Shown in pieces: positions 38,855 through 48,477 of a stretch of DNA of 64,000 bases. Below the pieces are notes generated by a model. The model saw nothing but the letters and a program-made list of their open reading frames with translations. It was not told the origin of the DNA and searched no databases. The position numbers and the translations under genes were made by a program. Numbering within the stretch: position 1 is the first letter of the stretch; each line of letters begins with the position of its first letter. Source of the stretch: Bdellovibrionota bacterium (lineage in GTDB: Bacteria > Bdellovibrionota_C > UBA2361 > JBGSMV01); the NCBI GenBank assembly GCA_041739995.1, contig JBGSMV010000024.1, forward strand, positions 28,355 to 92,354. The letters are read 5' to 3'.

Positions 38855-39577
38855 ATGAGAGATAGATATTCACGTGGTGGTCGCGGTGGCGGCGGCGGTG
38901 GTGGACGAGGCGGTCGTGGTGGCGGAGGTAGCGGTGGCCAACGACGCAATAACGGACGAGGCCGAGGTCGTGGCGGACGACGCGTTGAGCGTGGCACTGC
39001 CCAAAGCGGAAATCTTCGCGAACGTATTACCGTAGAAAGCGGCAACATGGTCTTGATTGATCAATTCATGCTGGCTAACCCGCAATTCATTGATCGCTTA
39101 GCAACAATGGTTGACGCAGAACCTGAGGCCAAAGACGAGGTAGTGCGTGAGTTCGGCGGACAAGTGGTCGCACTTGAACCTGGCACTTATCGTATTGAGC
39201 GCGATCCCTATGCGTTCTCAATCATCGTTCACCCTGAAGGATTTCAGATGGGGGACGTAGAGCTTTCGAAGACTACTACTACCGCGCAAGGTCAGGTCTT
39301 TATCGACACCCGCTGCTTGGCGATGATTGATCGTGAGTTGTTGGATGATGCAAGCTTGCTCGAAAAGTATCAGCAGCTTTGGTTCTCCGGACAGGACAAG
39401 GCTTGCCGTGATCTTATTCGCGATAATGGCGGCGCCGTTCGCTACGGGTTCCAGCGCTCTGGTGACGAGCTTGGTGTTTACGCTCAAGTTGAAGAGGGCG
39501 TTATCTGCCTCTGGCCAGATGTGATCGAGACCGACAGTCCAATGGAAGAGGCACCAGTAGAAAGCGCTCCTGCCTAG
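38855..39577 (+). CDS. hypothetical protein with RGG-rich N-terminus and acidic globular domain
   Basis: SRGGRGGGGGGGRGGRGGG..GRGRGRGGRR, followed by about 180 aa of ordered sequence and a terminator. Confidence 0.75.
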   Translation: MRDRYSRGGRGGGGGGGRGGRGGGGSGGQRRNNGRGRGRGGRRVERGTAQSGNLRERITVESGNMVLIDQFMLANPQFIDRLATMVDAEPEAKDEVVREFGGQVVALEPGTYRIERDPYAFSIIVHPEGFQMGDVELSKTTTTAQGQVFIDTRCLAMIDRELLDDASLLEKYQQLWFSGQDKACRDLIRDNGGAVRYGFQRSGDELGVYAQVEEGVICLWPDVIETDSPMEEAPVESAPA

Positions 39578-39605
39578 GACTTTTTGTAAGTCTCGCAAGC
39601 AAGAG

Positions 39606-39637
39606 GGCCGTCGTGAGAACATCACGGCGGCCTTTTT
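39606..39637 (+). terminator. intrinsic terminator
   Basis: GGCCGTCGTGA-gaaca-TCACGGCGGCC followed by TTTTT. Confidence 0.85.
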
Positions 39638-39782
39638 GCTGTGGACTTGCCCATTCCCTAGCGCCGCCCCCTATCCAGGATTACCTTGATCTCAAGATTC
39701 CGCGAGCGTCGCTCCAAAGCGCATAGACACATCAGCGCGTCTTCCATTTGTCATTTCTCCCCTCAGCCTTTAAGGTTTACAA

Positions 39783-40679
39783 ATGATTCACGGACTTCGC
39801 GTCGCTTCGATGCAGTATTTCATTCGCCCGGTACGAGCCTTCTCTGACTTTGCGGACCAGGTCGAGGGCCTGGTCGGCACCGCCGCCGACTATAAATGCA
39901 AGTTGGTGGTATTCCCCGAATATTTCACCGTGCAGTTGCTTACCCTAGGAGACGTACACCGCCCTATTCGAGAGCAGATTCGCCATCTATCGAAGCAGCT
40001 TCCGCAGTATTTGGAGCTCTTCGAGCGCGTAGCCAAGAAGTACAAGCTTTACATTGTTGCGGGCTCAATCCCGGTTGCTGACAGCAACAACGATGATCTT
40101 ATTTACAATAACTCCCATATCTTTGGTCCCTCAGGCACACACGACGTGCAGTCAAAGCTGCACATGACTCGGTTCGAGGCAGAAGATTGGAAAGTTTCGC
40201 CTGGAAACAGCCTAAAAATCTTCGAAACCGACTTCGGAAAACTTGCCATCACCATTTGCTATGATGTTGAGTTCCCTGAGCTCGCCAGAGCGGCCGCACG
40301 AAAGGGCGCTTTGATTCTCGTCGCTCCTAGCTGCACCGATGATCGTCAGGGCTACTTGCGCGTTCGTTACTGCGCCCATGCGCGCGCTATCGAGAACCAG
40401 ATGTACGTCATGCATGCGTGCACTGTCGGGTCTTTGCCGAATGTCCCGGCCGTTTCTCTTAATTACGGCCAAGCGTCGATTCTCACCCCGAGTGATTTCC
40501 GTTTCTCACGTGACGGTATTTTGGCCGAAGGGGCAGTTAATCAGGAGACCATGGTCATTGGAGAGCTCGATCTGAAAGCAATTGAAGAGTCACGCATTAG
40601 CGGCACTGTTCTGCCCCTGCGAGACAGCCAAACTACCGCTTCGGTTATGGCTTCGATTGAGGAGGTCGCTCTTTCCTAG
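39783..40679 (+). CDS. carbon-nitrogen hydrolase (nitrilase) family protein
   Basis: Glu-Lys-Cys triad in FPEYF, SKLH, ICYDVEFPE; ARAIENQ. Confidence 0.92.
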   Translation: MIHGLRVASMQYFIRPVRAFSDFADQVEGLVGTAADYKCKLVVFPEYFTVQLLTLGDVHRPIREQIRHLSKQLPQYLELFERVAKKYKLYIVAGSIPVADSNNDDLIYNNSHIFGPSGTHDVQSKLHMTRFEAEDWKVSPGNSLKIFETDFGKLAITICYDVEFPELARAAARKGALILVAPSCTDDRQGYLRVRYCAHARAIENQMYVMHACTVGSLPNVPAVSLNYGQASILTPSDFRFSRDGILAEGAVNQETMVIGELDLKAIEESRISGTVLPLRDSQTTASVMASIEEVALS

Positions 40680-40861
40680 GAGTCTGTGTTACAGGCACAG
40701 ACGACGAAGTCCCGCCGACTTGTCCCCCGAAACTTGCTTGTCCTCCGCAGCCGTGGCGAAGGAGAGCGCGAAGGGGGAAGCCTACTTCGAATTAAATGGC
40801 AGCACAGGCACAGGTGAGCGAAGGCGGACCCTAATAAACAGGGCTGTTTCACAGACTCCTA
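40677..40861. mobile_element. MITE-like element, copy 2
   Basis: TAGGAGTCTGTG...CACAGACTCCTA; the left end contains the TAG stop of the nitrilase gene. Confidence 0.85.
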
Positions 40862-40942
40862 ATCCCTCGCAGTACTTGCATATTTCTCAACTGCTAACGG
40901 GCGCTCCCTCTTCAAGCCCATAGCGTCTCTTAAAAACCATCG

Positions 40943-43219
40943 TCACTGGCGAATGGCGACCGTGAATCGATCACATCCGGCACCGCTCACGATTGCGAGC
41001 ACTCGCTCGAGCAACGGTGGGCCAAATGGGGGGAGAGTCCCTGAACTGACTGCAACGGTAATCCCGCGAGACACACTGCCTCCGGCCTGGTCAGAAATTG
41101 TTCCTGATACAGAATGAGCACCAACTAGGCCAGTAGTAACGTCAGCCGCAAAACCCACTGATGACATGAAGCAAACTGCTGAACCTGCGCATGATTCAAT
41201 TGAAACATTGTAGGGGGCGACTCCTCCCACCGCACTCACAGATCCACCTACGCTAAACAAAATGGTTTCCGAAGAGTTCACCTCTGCAGCGCACGATGAG
41301 AAAGTCGTGAGCGGCACTCCCGCTGGTTCGACCACACGAACGCTTCGGACTCCAAACTTGCTTGGCTGCGCTGTACTGGTAGCGCGCACTTGAAAGGTGC
41401 CGGTGACTTGACCTGCAGTATACAGTCCGTTGGCGTCGATAGTCCCACCAGTAGCACTCCAGCTTACACCCTCAGAAATGGGCCCGACTCGGTCCACTAG
41501 CGGATTGAATTGTTGGGTTCTTCCCTTCTCAACCTCAACTTCAAATGTTGGGTTCACGCGAACGTCAAGAATATCAGCTACCGAAATGATAGTTTCTCCT
41601 TGTATTCGCGGTGCGCTTATTGCATCGGCCGTGATCTTATAGAATCCACCTCTTGTCCCAGCCACCAGAAGTCCGGTCTGATCGATTGTTGGTGTGGTCC
41701 CACCTGGGTCGAGACTGCTAAAGGGCGCCACGTTCCATGCTAAATTAGTGTCGAATAGATTTACCAGCTGCCCCGAAAACCGCAGCTGCGTGAGCGGGCT
41801 AAGGCGAACCGCATCGGGGCTAATGAGAATGCCTGAACCGCAGCTCTCATAAGCTTGGTCAAGCTGCGTTCGGAGTGTCGAAGACGTGAGTGTTTGCTCA
41901 GCGAAGAGAACTTCAGCGAACTGGGCAAATTGCATAGCGGTACTGACTGCCGAAGGGCAGAAGATTTCCACTAGGCGAACAACCTCTGCACCGGCTGCAA
42001 GAATACCTTGCTCTGCTCGGATAACCAGTGCGGTAAGACCTAGGCGCTGAAACTTCGCGTTAAGGTCAAAAATTCGCTCGAAGCGCTCCTGGGTGGGAAG
42101 GCTGATTGCCCTGGCGATAGCTTCATCCAACACTCGCCCGTAGATAGCCTCCGCACAACCAAAAGGATTAACGATCGGGAGTGCTAGTTTTTGAGCGGCG
42201 TCTAACAGAGAAATAACTTCATCAGCGTCTATTTCACTGGAAGAGCTCGAAGCTTGTCCGTTTGGACAGAGGACCGCGAGTCTCTGCGTGACGGCTTCTT
42301 CACTCTTAATACGCAACGCATCGCACAACTTTTCCCCCGCAGCTCCTTCACACAGATCAGGAAAGAGCGCGATCATGGAGCTAAATATTTCAGCCAGATC
42401 GTTTATTTGAGTTGGGGAAAGAACGCCAGTTTGGTTGATGATAGATTGAACTGCGAGGACAAAATCGCTCTTAGACACAGCTCCGGCACCTCCACCGCTA
42501 AACCCTGTGAGTTCGAGGCGAAGCTGGGTGTCATCAAGTGTAAGCGCACGGTAGGAATACCCTTTTGATCCACTAAAATGAAAAGCAAGAATTTTCCCAG
42601 TTGGTTTTTTTGGAACGGTGATTCGTAGTTCTACGGGAACATTAAAGGTCAGACCACTTGGCTCGAACTTTGCTGCAGCGACAATGCCCTTCGAGAACGG
42701 GATTCCTGCAATTTCCCTTAAGGGGGTTATCGCAATGTTCGTGTCGCTCGAAAGTGCTCCTGTAGGAACAATAAGGGAGTAGATGAGGCCAGAAGGCAAT
42801 GTCGCCTCAAGACTTCCACCCTGACGCCCAATTACTTTTTGAGTCTTTACGTTACTGAACTCTTTGAAAGCAACATCTTGTGAACATCCGACACGAAACA
42901 TCCTGCGTCCGATGCGCTTTCCGCCTGAGAATATATTGATCTGTGAAAAGCCGCCCTTTAGCTTGGAGGGCAGCTTGAATCGCAGCATTTTGTTGGTGCG
43001 ACGGAGCAGTCTGACTGACTTCCCTCGAATCGACACGGCATCGATCAGTGTAAGGTTCTTGCCCGTCAAGGAAAGCGTCGTTTTGTTACTACCACAGGTA
43101 GGGTCAATCGATTTTACTACCAGACGTGGCTTCCTCGCTTGAGCATAAGCCAGCGGCAGCGTTTGGTGCGTGGTATAGAGCAATACAAAAAGCAGCCCGA
43201 CGAACTGTGCAACTCGCAT
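40943..43219 (-). CDS. secreted multi-domain Ig-like protein (IPT/TIG-, ZU5- and Big_2-like regions)
   Basis: Signal peptide; LSLTGKNL; IGRQGGSL..VPTGAL..FEPSGLTF; TQQF..VSWSATGGTIDANGLYTA. Confidence 0.7.
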   Translation of the reverse strand: MRVAQFVGLLFVLLYTTHQTLPLAYAQARKPRLVVKSIDPTCGSNKTTLSLTGKNLTLIDAVSIRGKSVRLLRRTNKMLRFKLPSKLKGGFSQINIFSGGKRIGRRMFRVGCSQDVAFKEFSNVKTQKVIGRQGGSLEATLPSGLIYSLIVPTGALSSDTNIAITPLREIAGIPFSKGIVAAAKFEPSGLTFNVPVELRITVPKKPTGKILAFHFSGSKGYSYRALTLDDTQLRLELTGFSGGGAGAVSKSDFVLAVQSIINQTGVLSPTQINDLAEIFSSMIALFPDLCEGAAGEKLCDALRIKSEEAVTQRLAVLCPNGQASSSSSEIDADEVISLLDAAQKLALPIVNPFGCAEAIYGRVLDEAIARAISLPTQERFERIFDLNAKFQRLGLTALVIRAEQGILAAGAEVVRLVEIFCPSAVSTAMQFAQFAEVLFAEQTLTSSTLRTQLDQAYESCGSGILISPDAVRLSPLTQLRFSGQLVNLFDTNLAWNVAPFSSLDPGGTTPTIDQTGLLVAGTRGGFYKITADAISAPRIQGETIISVADILDVRVNPTFEVEVEKGRTQQFNPLVDRVGPISEGVSWSATGGTIDANGLYTAGQVTGTFQVRATSTAQPSKFGVRSVRVVEPAGVPLTTFSSCAAEVNSSETILFSVGGSVSAVGGVAPYNVSIESCAGSAVCFMSSVGFAADVTTGLVGAHSVSGTISDQAGGSVSRGITVAVSSGTLPPFGPPLLERVLAIVSGAGCDRFTVAIRQ

Positions 43220-43455
43220 GAAAGACTCCCGATTACGTCTACCTTGAATGGTTGTATCTTTTCCCGGGAAAGTAAGAAACCCCACCTCGCTCCCGACTTC
43301 TCCGCCTTTCTCTCAGGGGGGAGGGAGGACGGGGGCCAAACGCCGCGTGAGAGGGCCAGCTTTGAATAATCAAAACCAGATTGAGTTCTTGAGTGTCTTT
43401 GCCGATCTAGACCCCTCACAGATTGAAATTACTCTTCTCTTAAAGGGATATCATC

Positions 43456-43827
43456 ATGAAAGTGCAACATTTGATCTCGGCTGTTCTCGCAAGCGTTTCA
43501 ATCTGCGCCTCGGCGCACGCGCTTACTCTTGAGTTTAAAAATGACAGCAGCTGGGAGATTCATGAGCTTTATTTCTCATCCGCAGATGAAGAGGACTGGG
43601 GGCCCGATCAATTAGAAGAAGAGGTAATTGAGCATGGCACTACATTCTCTCTAAACATGATTGAGCAGGGCGTGTACGACGTAAAGATTGTCGATGAGGA
43701 CGGTGATTCGTGTGAGGTCAACGATGTCGACTTTGAAGATTCAGAGCACTTTGCGCTTACCGACGAAGTCCTGATTGGCTGCCAAGTCGCTACTGCAGCA
43801 GTGAACGAAGAGGACGATGAAGCGTAG
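43456..43827 (+). CDS. small secreted, highly acidic protein
   Basis: Signal peptide ending AHA; NDSSWEIHELYFS..WGPDQL..YDVKIVDEDGDSC. Confidence 0.8.
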   Translation: MKVQHLISAVLASVSICASAHALTLEFKNDSSWEIHELYFSSADEEDWGPDQLEEEVIEHGTTFSLNMIEQGVYDVKIVDEDGDSCEVNDVDFEDSEHFALTDEVLIGCQVATAAVNEEDDEA

Positions 43828-44035
43828 GCGCCCACAAGCTCCCTTAGGCAGCGGTTCTCTGAGTGACTTCTGCAGGGGGGAGCTGGCGGAAATCTCCCCT
43901 GAGGGAAGGGCACTTGGAGTAGAAGCCACGCGGTTAAGGCTTGAACCGAAGTTTTTGAAGAAGCTTCCGCGTGCTTCGCGAAGGCGGCTCTACCTACCTC
44001 CCAAGGTCCTACTTCCCAAGGTCACTGAGGCGAAG

Positions 44036-45628
44036 TTAGGAGCCGGGGGGAAGAGCTGCTATGGCTTGCGCGATTCTTTGGTGGTTGATCGCAGCTGAGT
44101 AGGCGGGACCTGCATTGGAAGAAGTAAATGTCATGGCCACCGCGAGACGACCATTTACCAGATAGAAACCAGGATGCCCGCTGTCCCCTAAGACGCCAGA
44201 TTGAAAAAGAAATGAGGGCAGTAACGCATGCCTATTCGTCAGTAACATATCTCTTCCCGCTCCCATGTAGCTGCTCAGCGAGTGAATAGATATCCGGCGG
44301 AAGGACGTCGCAAGAGGATTATGTGTCATGATGAGCGGAGCGCCTATCACCGTCTGGTGGTCGCCTATCTCTGCCAAGGGATATACGGTCCAATCTGCGG
44401 GCAGACAAGGATCAAGTAGCCCTACCGCAATGTCCGCTCCCTCTGTTCGCTTGACTCGAGAAACAATCGAGCGAAACATGCGGCCATCTTTGCGATGAAA
44501 TTTAATTGGCTTGTCATCGTTTCGAAGGTAATGAGCAGCAAAGACTATGTGGCATCGTGTGATGGCAGTACCCCCAGTCGACACATCCCAAGCCACTCCC
44601 GATAGATCCAGCGCACTGTTCGCCCAGTTGTTGGCCCAGTCACTCGTACCTACTGAATTGTAGCTGTCGAAGAGTCCTACATCTGCCTCGTTCCACCAGG
44701 CTGGCTGTAAGGCCGCGAACTCATTTCTAAGCATTGTTAGTGGCGTCTCATTCCGCGCTGCCGCTAATGCTTCAATGTTGACCGTCGTAAAGGAATTCAG
44801 CGCCTTAAACGGTTGTGCGGAGACCTCTGCATGCACAGGAATCACGATATGATTACTCTGAGCGCTTTCATCTAATACATCTTTGTAGATCACCGAGATC
44901 TGCGCATTCACTAATCCAGGTGCTACGGCATGGACGCGGATAAAGATAGAACAGAAGGCTCCAAGATCTCCCTCACAGGGAACCCCACCATTTCCCAACA
45001 CTTCCTCTGCAGGCAAAAGCTCCACCCGCTCATCGCCGGCGATCTCTATTCGCTCAATCCGAGCTGTTCCCTGCAAGGGTTTAAGGATTACTGATGAGAG
45101 CTGATGCTCTTCAATACCGATGGTTCCAAGCTCCGCGGAAGCGCGGCTTACCCCGACTATCGCTGGCCCCTCCGGAACCACAGGATAGTGCGGCCCTTCC
45201 GGCGCCGCGGGAGAATGCGAACAGGTGTACCGAACTCGGAACTGCGGAACCTCAAGTGTGAGAGGATTATACTGCAAGCAAAAGCGTCGCAGCCTACGAA
45301 ATCGACTTCTCAAGTCTTCGACTGAAAGGCGATCTTTTCCCAATTTTACTGCCCGGCGACGCTTCAGAATTCTTTCGCGCCCACTTCTGTTTATCGTGAA
45401 CAGATGTCGGTCAGCGGAAAGATCACATGCAAGGCGTAACCCTTCCGGCAAAATCTTCGGCCTTCGAACCCAGTCCAGTTGACAATCTGACGCCGATGCG
45501 ACGCTCGCACACATCGCAACCCAGAAGACTAGAAGTGGCAGACACTGACTCACACGCTTCAGAGTCATATTTTTGAATCTAGGACCGAACGACGAAGCAA
45601 CTGCCAACAAACGAAGCTCCCTTGCCAT
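44036..45628 (-). CDS. secreted protein with C-terminal trypsin-like serine protease domain
   Basis: TAITRCHIVFAAHY (His), ADIAVGLL (Asp), GDSGHP (Ser); AAGGAG RBS upstream. Confidence 0.72.
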   Translation of the reverse strand: MARELRLLAVASSFGPRFKNMTLKRVSQCLPLLVFWVAMCASVASASDCQLDWVRRPKILPEGLRLACDLSADRHLFTINRSGRERILKRRRAVKLGKDRLSVEDLRSRFRRLRRFCLQYNPLTLEVPQFRVRYTCSHSPAAPEGPHYPVVPEGPAIVGVSRASAELGTIGIEEHQLSSVILKPLQGTARIERIEIAGDERVELLPAEEVLGNGGVPCEGDLGAFCSIFIRVHAVAPGLVNAQISVIYKDVLDESAQSNHIVIPVHAEVSAQPFKALNSFTTVNIEALAAARNETPLTMLRNEFAALQPAWWNEADVGLFDSYNSVGTSDWANNWANSALDLSGVAWDVSTGGTAITRCHIVFAAHYLRNDDKPIKFHRKDGRMFRSIVSRVKRTEGADIAVGLLDPCLPADWTVYPLAEIGDHQTVIGAPLIMTHNPLATSFRRISIHSLSSYMGAGRDMLLTNRHALLPSFLFQSGVLGDSGHPGFYLVNGRLAVAMTFTSSNAGPAYSAAINHQRIAQAIAALPPGS

Positions 45629-45727
45629 GCTCACTCACTCCTTCAGTAAAACCAGCACCGATAAGTTTCGGCACTAAGTGAATTCTCGCCCACCGAGAAT
45701 CCACGAAAAAACAATTATCTCTAAACC

Positions 45728-46963
45728 CTATTTAAACCCTATAAATCTGCAGTTCCACCCGTTGGCGTAAGCATGTCGTGCGGTAAATGTAGTGCCTGAT
45801 AGACTTACCAGAAATTGGCTATTCTGATCAGAATACATCCTGACGAAACTATCTCCAGGCGTAACCACTGAAACACCGGACAGAAAGGAACCCGGGCTCA
45901 GACATGAGAAGATCACATATGCAGGCGCGAAGGCAAAATTGACTGTTGTAGTTGCAGTCGCATGCACTGAAGCGCTTCTGTAGTCGGACACTGCACCCGC
46001 TGCAAGTTTTGCTGAGCTAATTGCCCCGTCTTGAATATCGGGCGACGTAATCGCTCCGTTTTGAATCTTATCTGAAGTGACCGCATTCGCGCCGAGCTTT
46101 GCCGAACTAATCGCCCCGTCTTGAAGATCTATCGTTCCAATCGTTCCGTTCAAAATCTTCTCGGTAGTAACCGCGCTATTGACGAGTTGTGTGGTTCCCA
46201 CGGATCCCGGTTGAGTGGTTCCTGCTGGCCCGGTCGCCCCTGCGGGACCTGTTGCTCCAGTTGGGCCTCTTAATCCGATTAATCCTTGTGCTCCAGTTGC
46301 ACCCACTGGTCCGACCGGACCAGTTGCCCCGGCGGCACCGCTTGGACCCTCGGGTCCAGTTTCACCTTGCTCTCCCTGAGGTCCTTGTGCGCCTTCTGAG
46401 GCTGCTGTTCCTGGAATCCCCTGCTCACCTTGTGGGCCCGTCACTCCTTGAGGACCCACCTCGCCTTGCAGACCTTGCACTCCTGTCGGTCCAGTCATGC
46501 CGACAGGACCTGTCGGTCCTACTTGACCATCCTGCCCCGCGGGGCCTACTGGTCCAGTCGCTCCACTCGAACCCGCCCCGGGAATCACCGGCATATCACC
46601 ACCTTGTGGATTGTTCGGATCAAGCTGCAAGAATGTATAAATTGCATTGAGAAGATCGTAGTTCCGAGAGGCTTCGGTAGAAAGCGTATTTACTGAACCA
46701 CCAAGTGCCGCGACACTCAACTGAAGTTCCTCTACGCCTTTTGCTGCATTCGCCTGTCGCTTTCGTAAACGTCGAAGCCCAGCGCGCGCCTTCTTGTCGA
46801 TGGAATAGCCAGTGGCCTGTTGAGCGAAAACTTCAGTTGAAATAGGCGGTGCAGCAAGAAACAGCGCACCGACACACGTCAATGTGAGCGTTTTGACATG
46901 CGACTGTCGAACAAAATTTGAGAATCTCGAAAACTTGCCTGCTTTAATCTCTACGATACCCAT
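45728..46963 (-). CDS. collagen-like surface/fibre protein
   Basis: Signal-like N-terminus, coiled coil, about 40 G-X-Y triplets, then [15 protein letters not shown] repeats and a small C-terminal head. Confidence 0.85.
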   Translation of the reverse strand: MGIVEIKAGKFSRFSNFVRQSHVKTLTLTCVGALFLAAPPISTEVFAQQATGYSIDKKARAGLRRLRKRQANAAKGVEELQLSVAALGGSVNTLSTEASRNYDLLNAIYTFLQLDPNNPQGGDMPVIPGAGSSGATGPVGPAGQDGQVGPTGPVGMTGPTGVQGLQGEVGPQGVTGPQGEQGIPGTAASEGAQGPQGEQGETGPEGPSGAAGATGPVGPVGATGAQGLIGLRGPTGATGPAGATGPAGTTQPGSVGTTQLVNSAVTTEKILNGTIGTIDLQDGAISSAKLGANAVTSDKIQNGAITSPDIQDGAISSAKLAAGAVSDYRSASVHATATTTVNFAFAPAYVIFSCLSPGSFLSGVSVVTPGDSFVRMYSDQNSQFLVSLSGTTFTARHAYANGWNCRFIGFK

Positions 46964-47374
46964 GGCTTAGTGCTCCCTCTGACCCCTCAAATTTCAACGC
47001 GACTTCCCGTATGCACACGAATGAGGCTACGCGAGTAACTTAAAAGGGTTATGGGTCGCTGACTGCTTTGTTGACTTAAAATGCTTAATATTAGGCTATC
47101 TTCTCGTCTCAGGATGTATCACTAACTAATTGTATTAATTAATTTTAACTGCCTTATATGCATCGAATCCAGATATTGATGAAGAAATATGCCGACTTTT
47201 TTAAATATCCCGGCACCCTGCCGTTGGCCTAATATTCGCGCAAGGTCGTCGCCACGCAGGCAAGAAACTGGCGCGAGATGTTGTTCCCACACTTCTCAGT
47301 GGAACTTCTCAATATTCCTGGGTGCAAGAACCCGCCCGGATCATTTTACTAGATCGAGTAGAGCGGTTCCTTAC

Positions 47375-48352
47375 CTAGGAGTTCTCGAGCACATATTGAA
47401 AGATAAGCGGGGCAACGATGGAAGCATCGGACTCAATCACGAAGCGCGGAGTGTTCGCGCCGAGCTTACCCCAACTAATCTTCTCATTCGGAACCGCACC
47501 GCTGTATGAGCCAAACGAGGTGGTACTGTCACTAATCTGGCAGAAGTATCCCCACAGTGGACAGTCTGCCTGCTGCAAATCTTGAATGATTAGCGGAACG
47601 ACACAAATCGGAAAGTCTCCCGCGATGCCACCAGCTACTTGAAAGAATCCAATCGAGCTCTTCGCTGAGTGCTCTTGATACCAGGAGACAAGCGCGGCCA
47701 TCTGTTCAGTGCCGCTCTTTACCACCGTGTGCCGAGATACATCTCCCGTAATGGTGTGCGCCACAAAAATATTGGCCATGGTGGAGTCTTCCCAACCAGG
47801 TGTCCAGATCGGTAGTTTCTTCTCACAGGCCGCGATCATCCACGAATGCGCGGGATCAATTTCGTAGTACTTCTTGAGCGTGCCTTCCTCAATCAACTGA
47901 TAGAAGTACTGGTAAGGAGCATAACTCTTTCCTTCCTTGTCGGCCTTCTTCCAAAGTTTAAGCATCTCGCCTTCAATGCGTCTGACCGCTTCATGCTCGG
48001 GAATACAAGTGTCAGTCACCCGATTCATGCCGCGGTCCCTAAGCGCCAGCTCTTCTTCGGCCTTAAGCGAACGATAGTCGGGAATGCGCTCATAGTGCGT
48101 GTGCGCCACGAGATTAAAAATATCTTCCTCAAGGTTGGCGCCAGTGCAGCAAATCCCATGCACCTTGCCCTTACGAATCATCTCGGCAAGAGAAATACCA
48201 AGCTCGGCGGTACTCATCGCACCAGCGAGTGTCAAAAACATCTCCCCACCCTGCTTAAGGTGAGTGACCCATGCCTTGGCAGCATCAACCACCACAGCCG
48301 CGTTAAAGTGCCGATAATGCTTCTCGATAAAGTCTGAAATTTTCATGGCCAC
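47375..48352 (-). CDS. deoxyhypusine synthase-like protein (probable homospermidine synthase)
   Basis: HFNAA, LAGAMSTAELG, TGANLEED, NRVTD, SYSGAVPNEKISWGK, ESDASI. Confidence 0.9.
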   Translation of the reverse strand: MAMKISDFIEKHYRHFNAAVVVDAAKAWVTHLKQGGEMFLTLAGAMSTAELGISLAEMIRKGKVHGICCTGANLEEDIFNLVAHTHYERIPDYRSLKAEEELALRDRGMNRVTDTCIPEHEAVRRIEGEMLKLWKKADKEGKSYAPYQYFYQLIEEGTLKKYYEIDPAHSWMIAACEKKLPIWTPGWEDSTMANIFVAHTITGDVSRHTVVKSGTEQMAALVSWYQEHSAKSSIGFFQVAGGIAGDFPICVVPLIIQDLQQADCPLWGYFCQISDSTTSFGSYSGAVPNEKISWGKLGANTPRFVIESDASIVAPLIFQYVLENS

Positions 48353-48477
48353 TCACAGTAAAATGGTAGATTCCTAGACCCCATGTAATGATCTGAGACT
48401 CTGCTGTCAAATGGCACAAGCCAAAGGCGCGGAGAAAAATCCTATTTCCGGTTTTCTCCGTCTTTAGCCTATACTAC

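Noticed and set aside
39783..40679. Nitrilase-family gene as N-carbamoylputrescine amidase (aguB)
   Set aside because: No agmatine deiminase in the window, speB already covers this step, and the motifs do not specifically indicate AguB.
43295..43912. Inverted repeats flanking the small acidic gene (CTCAGGGGGAG / CTCCCCTGAG)
   Set aside because: Short, low-complexity, G-run-driven match that is not collinear beyond about 16 bp.
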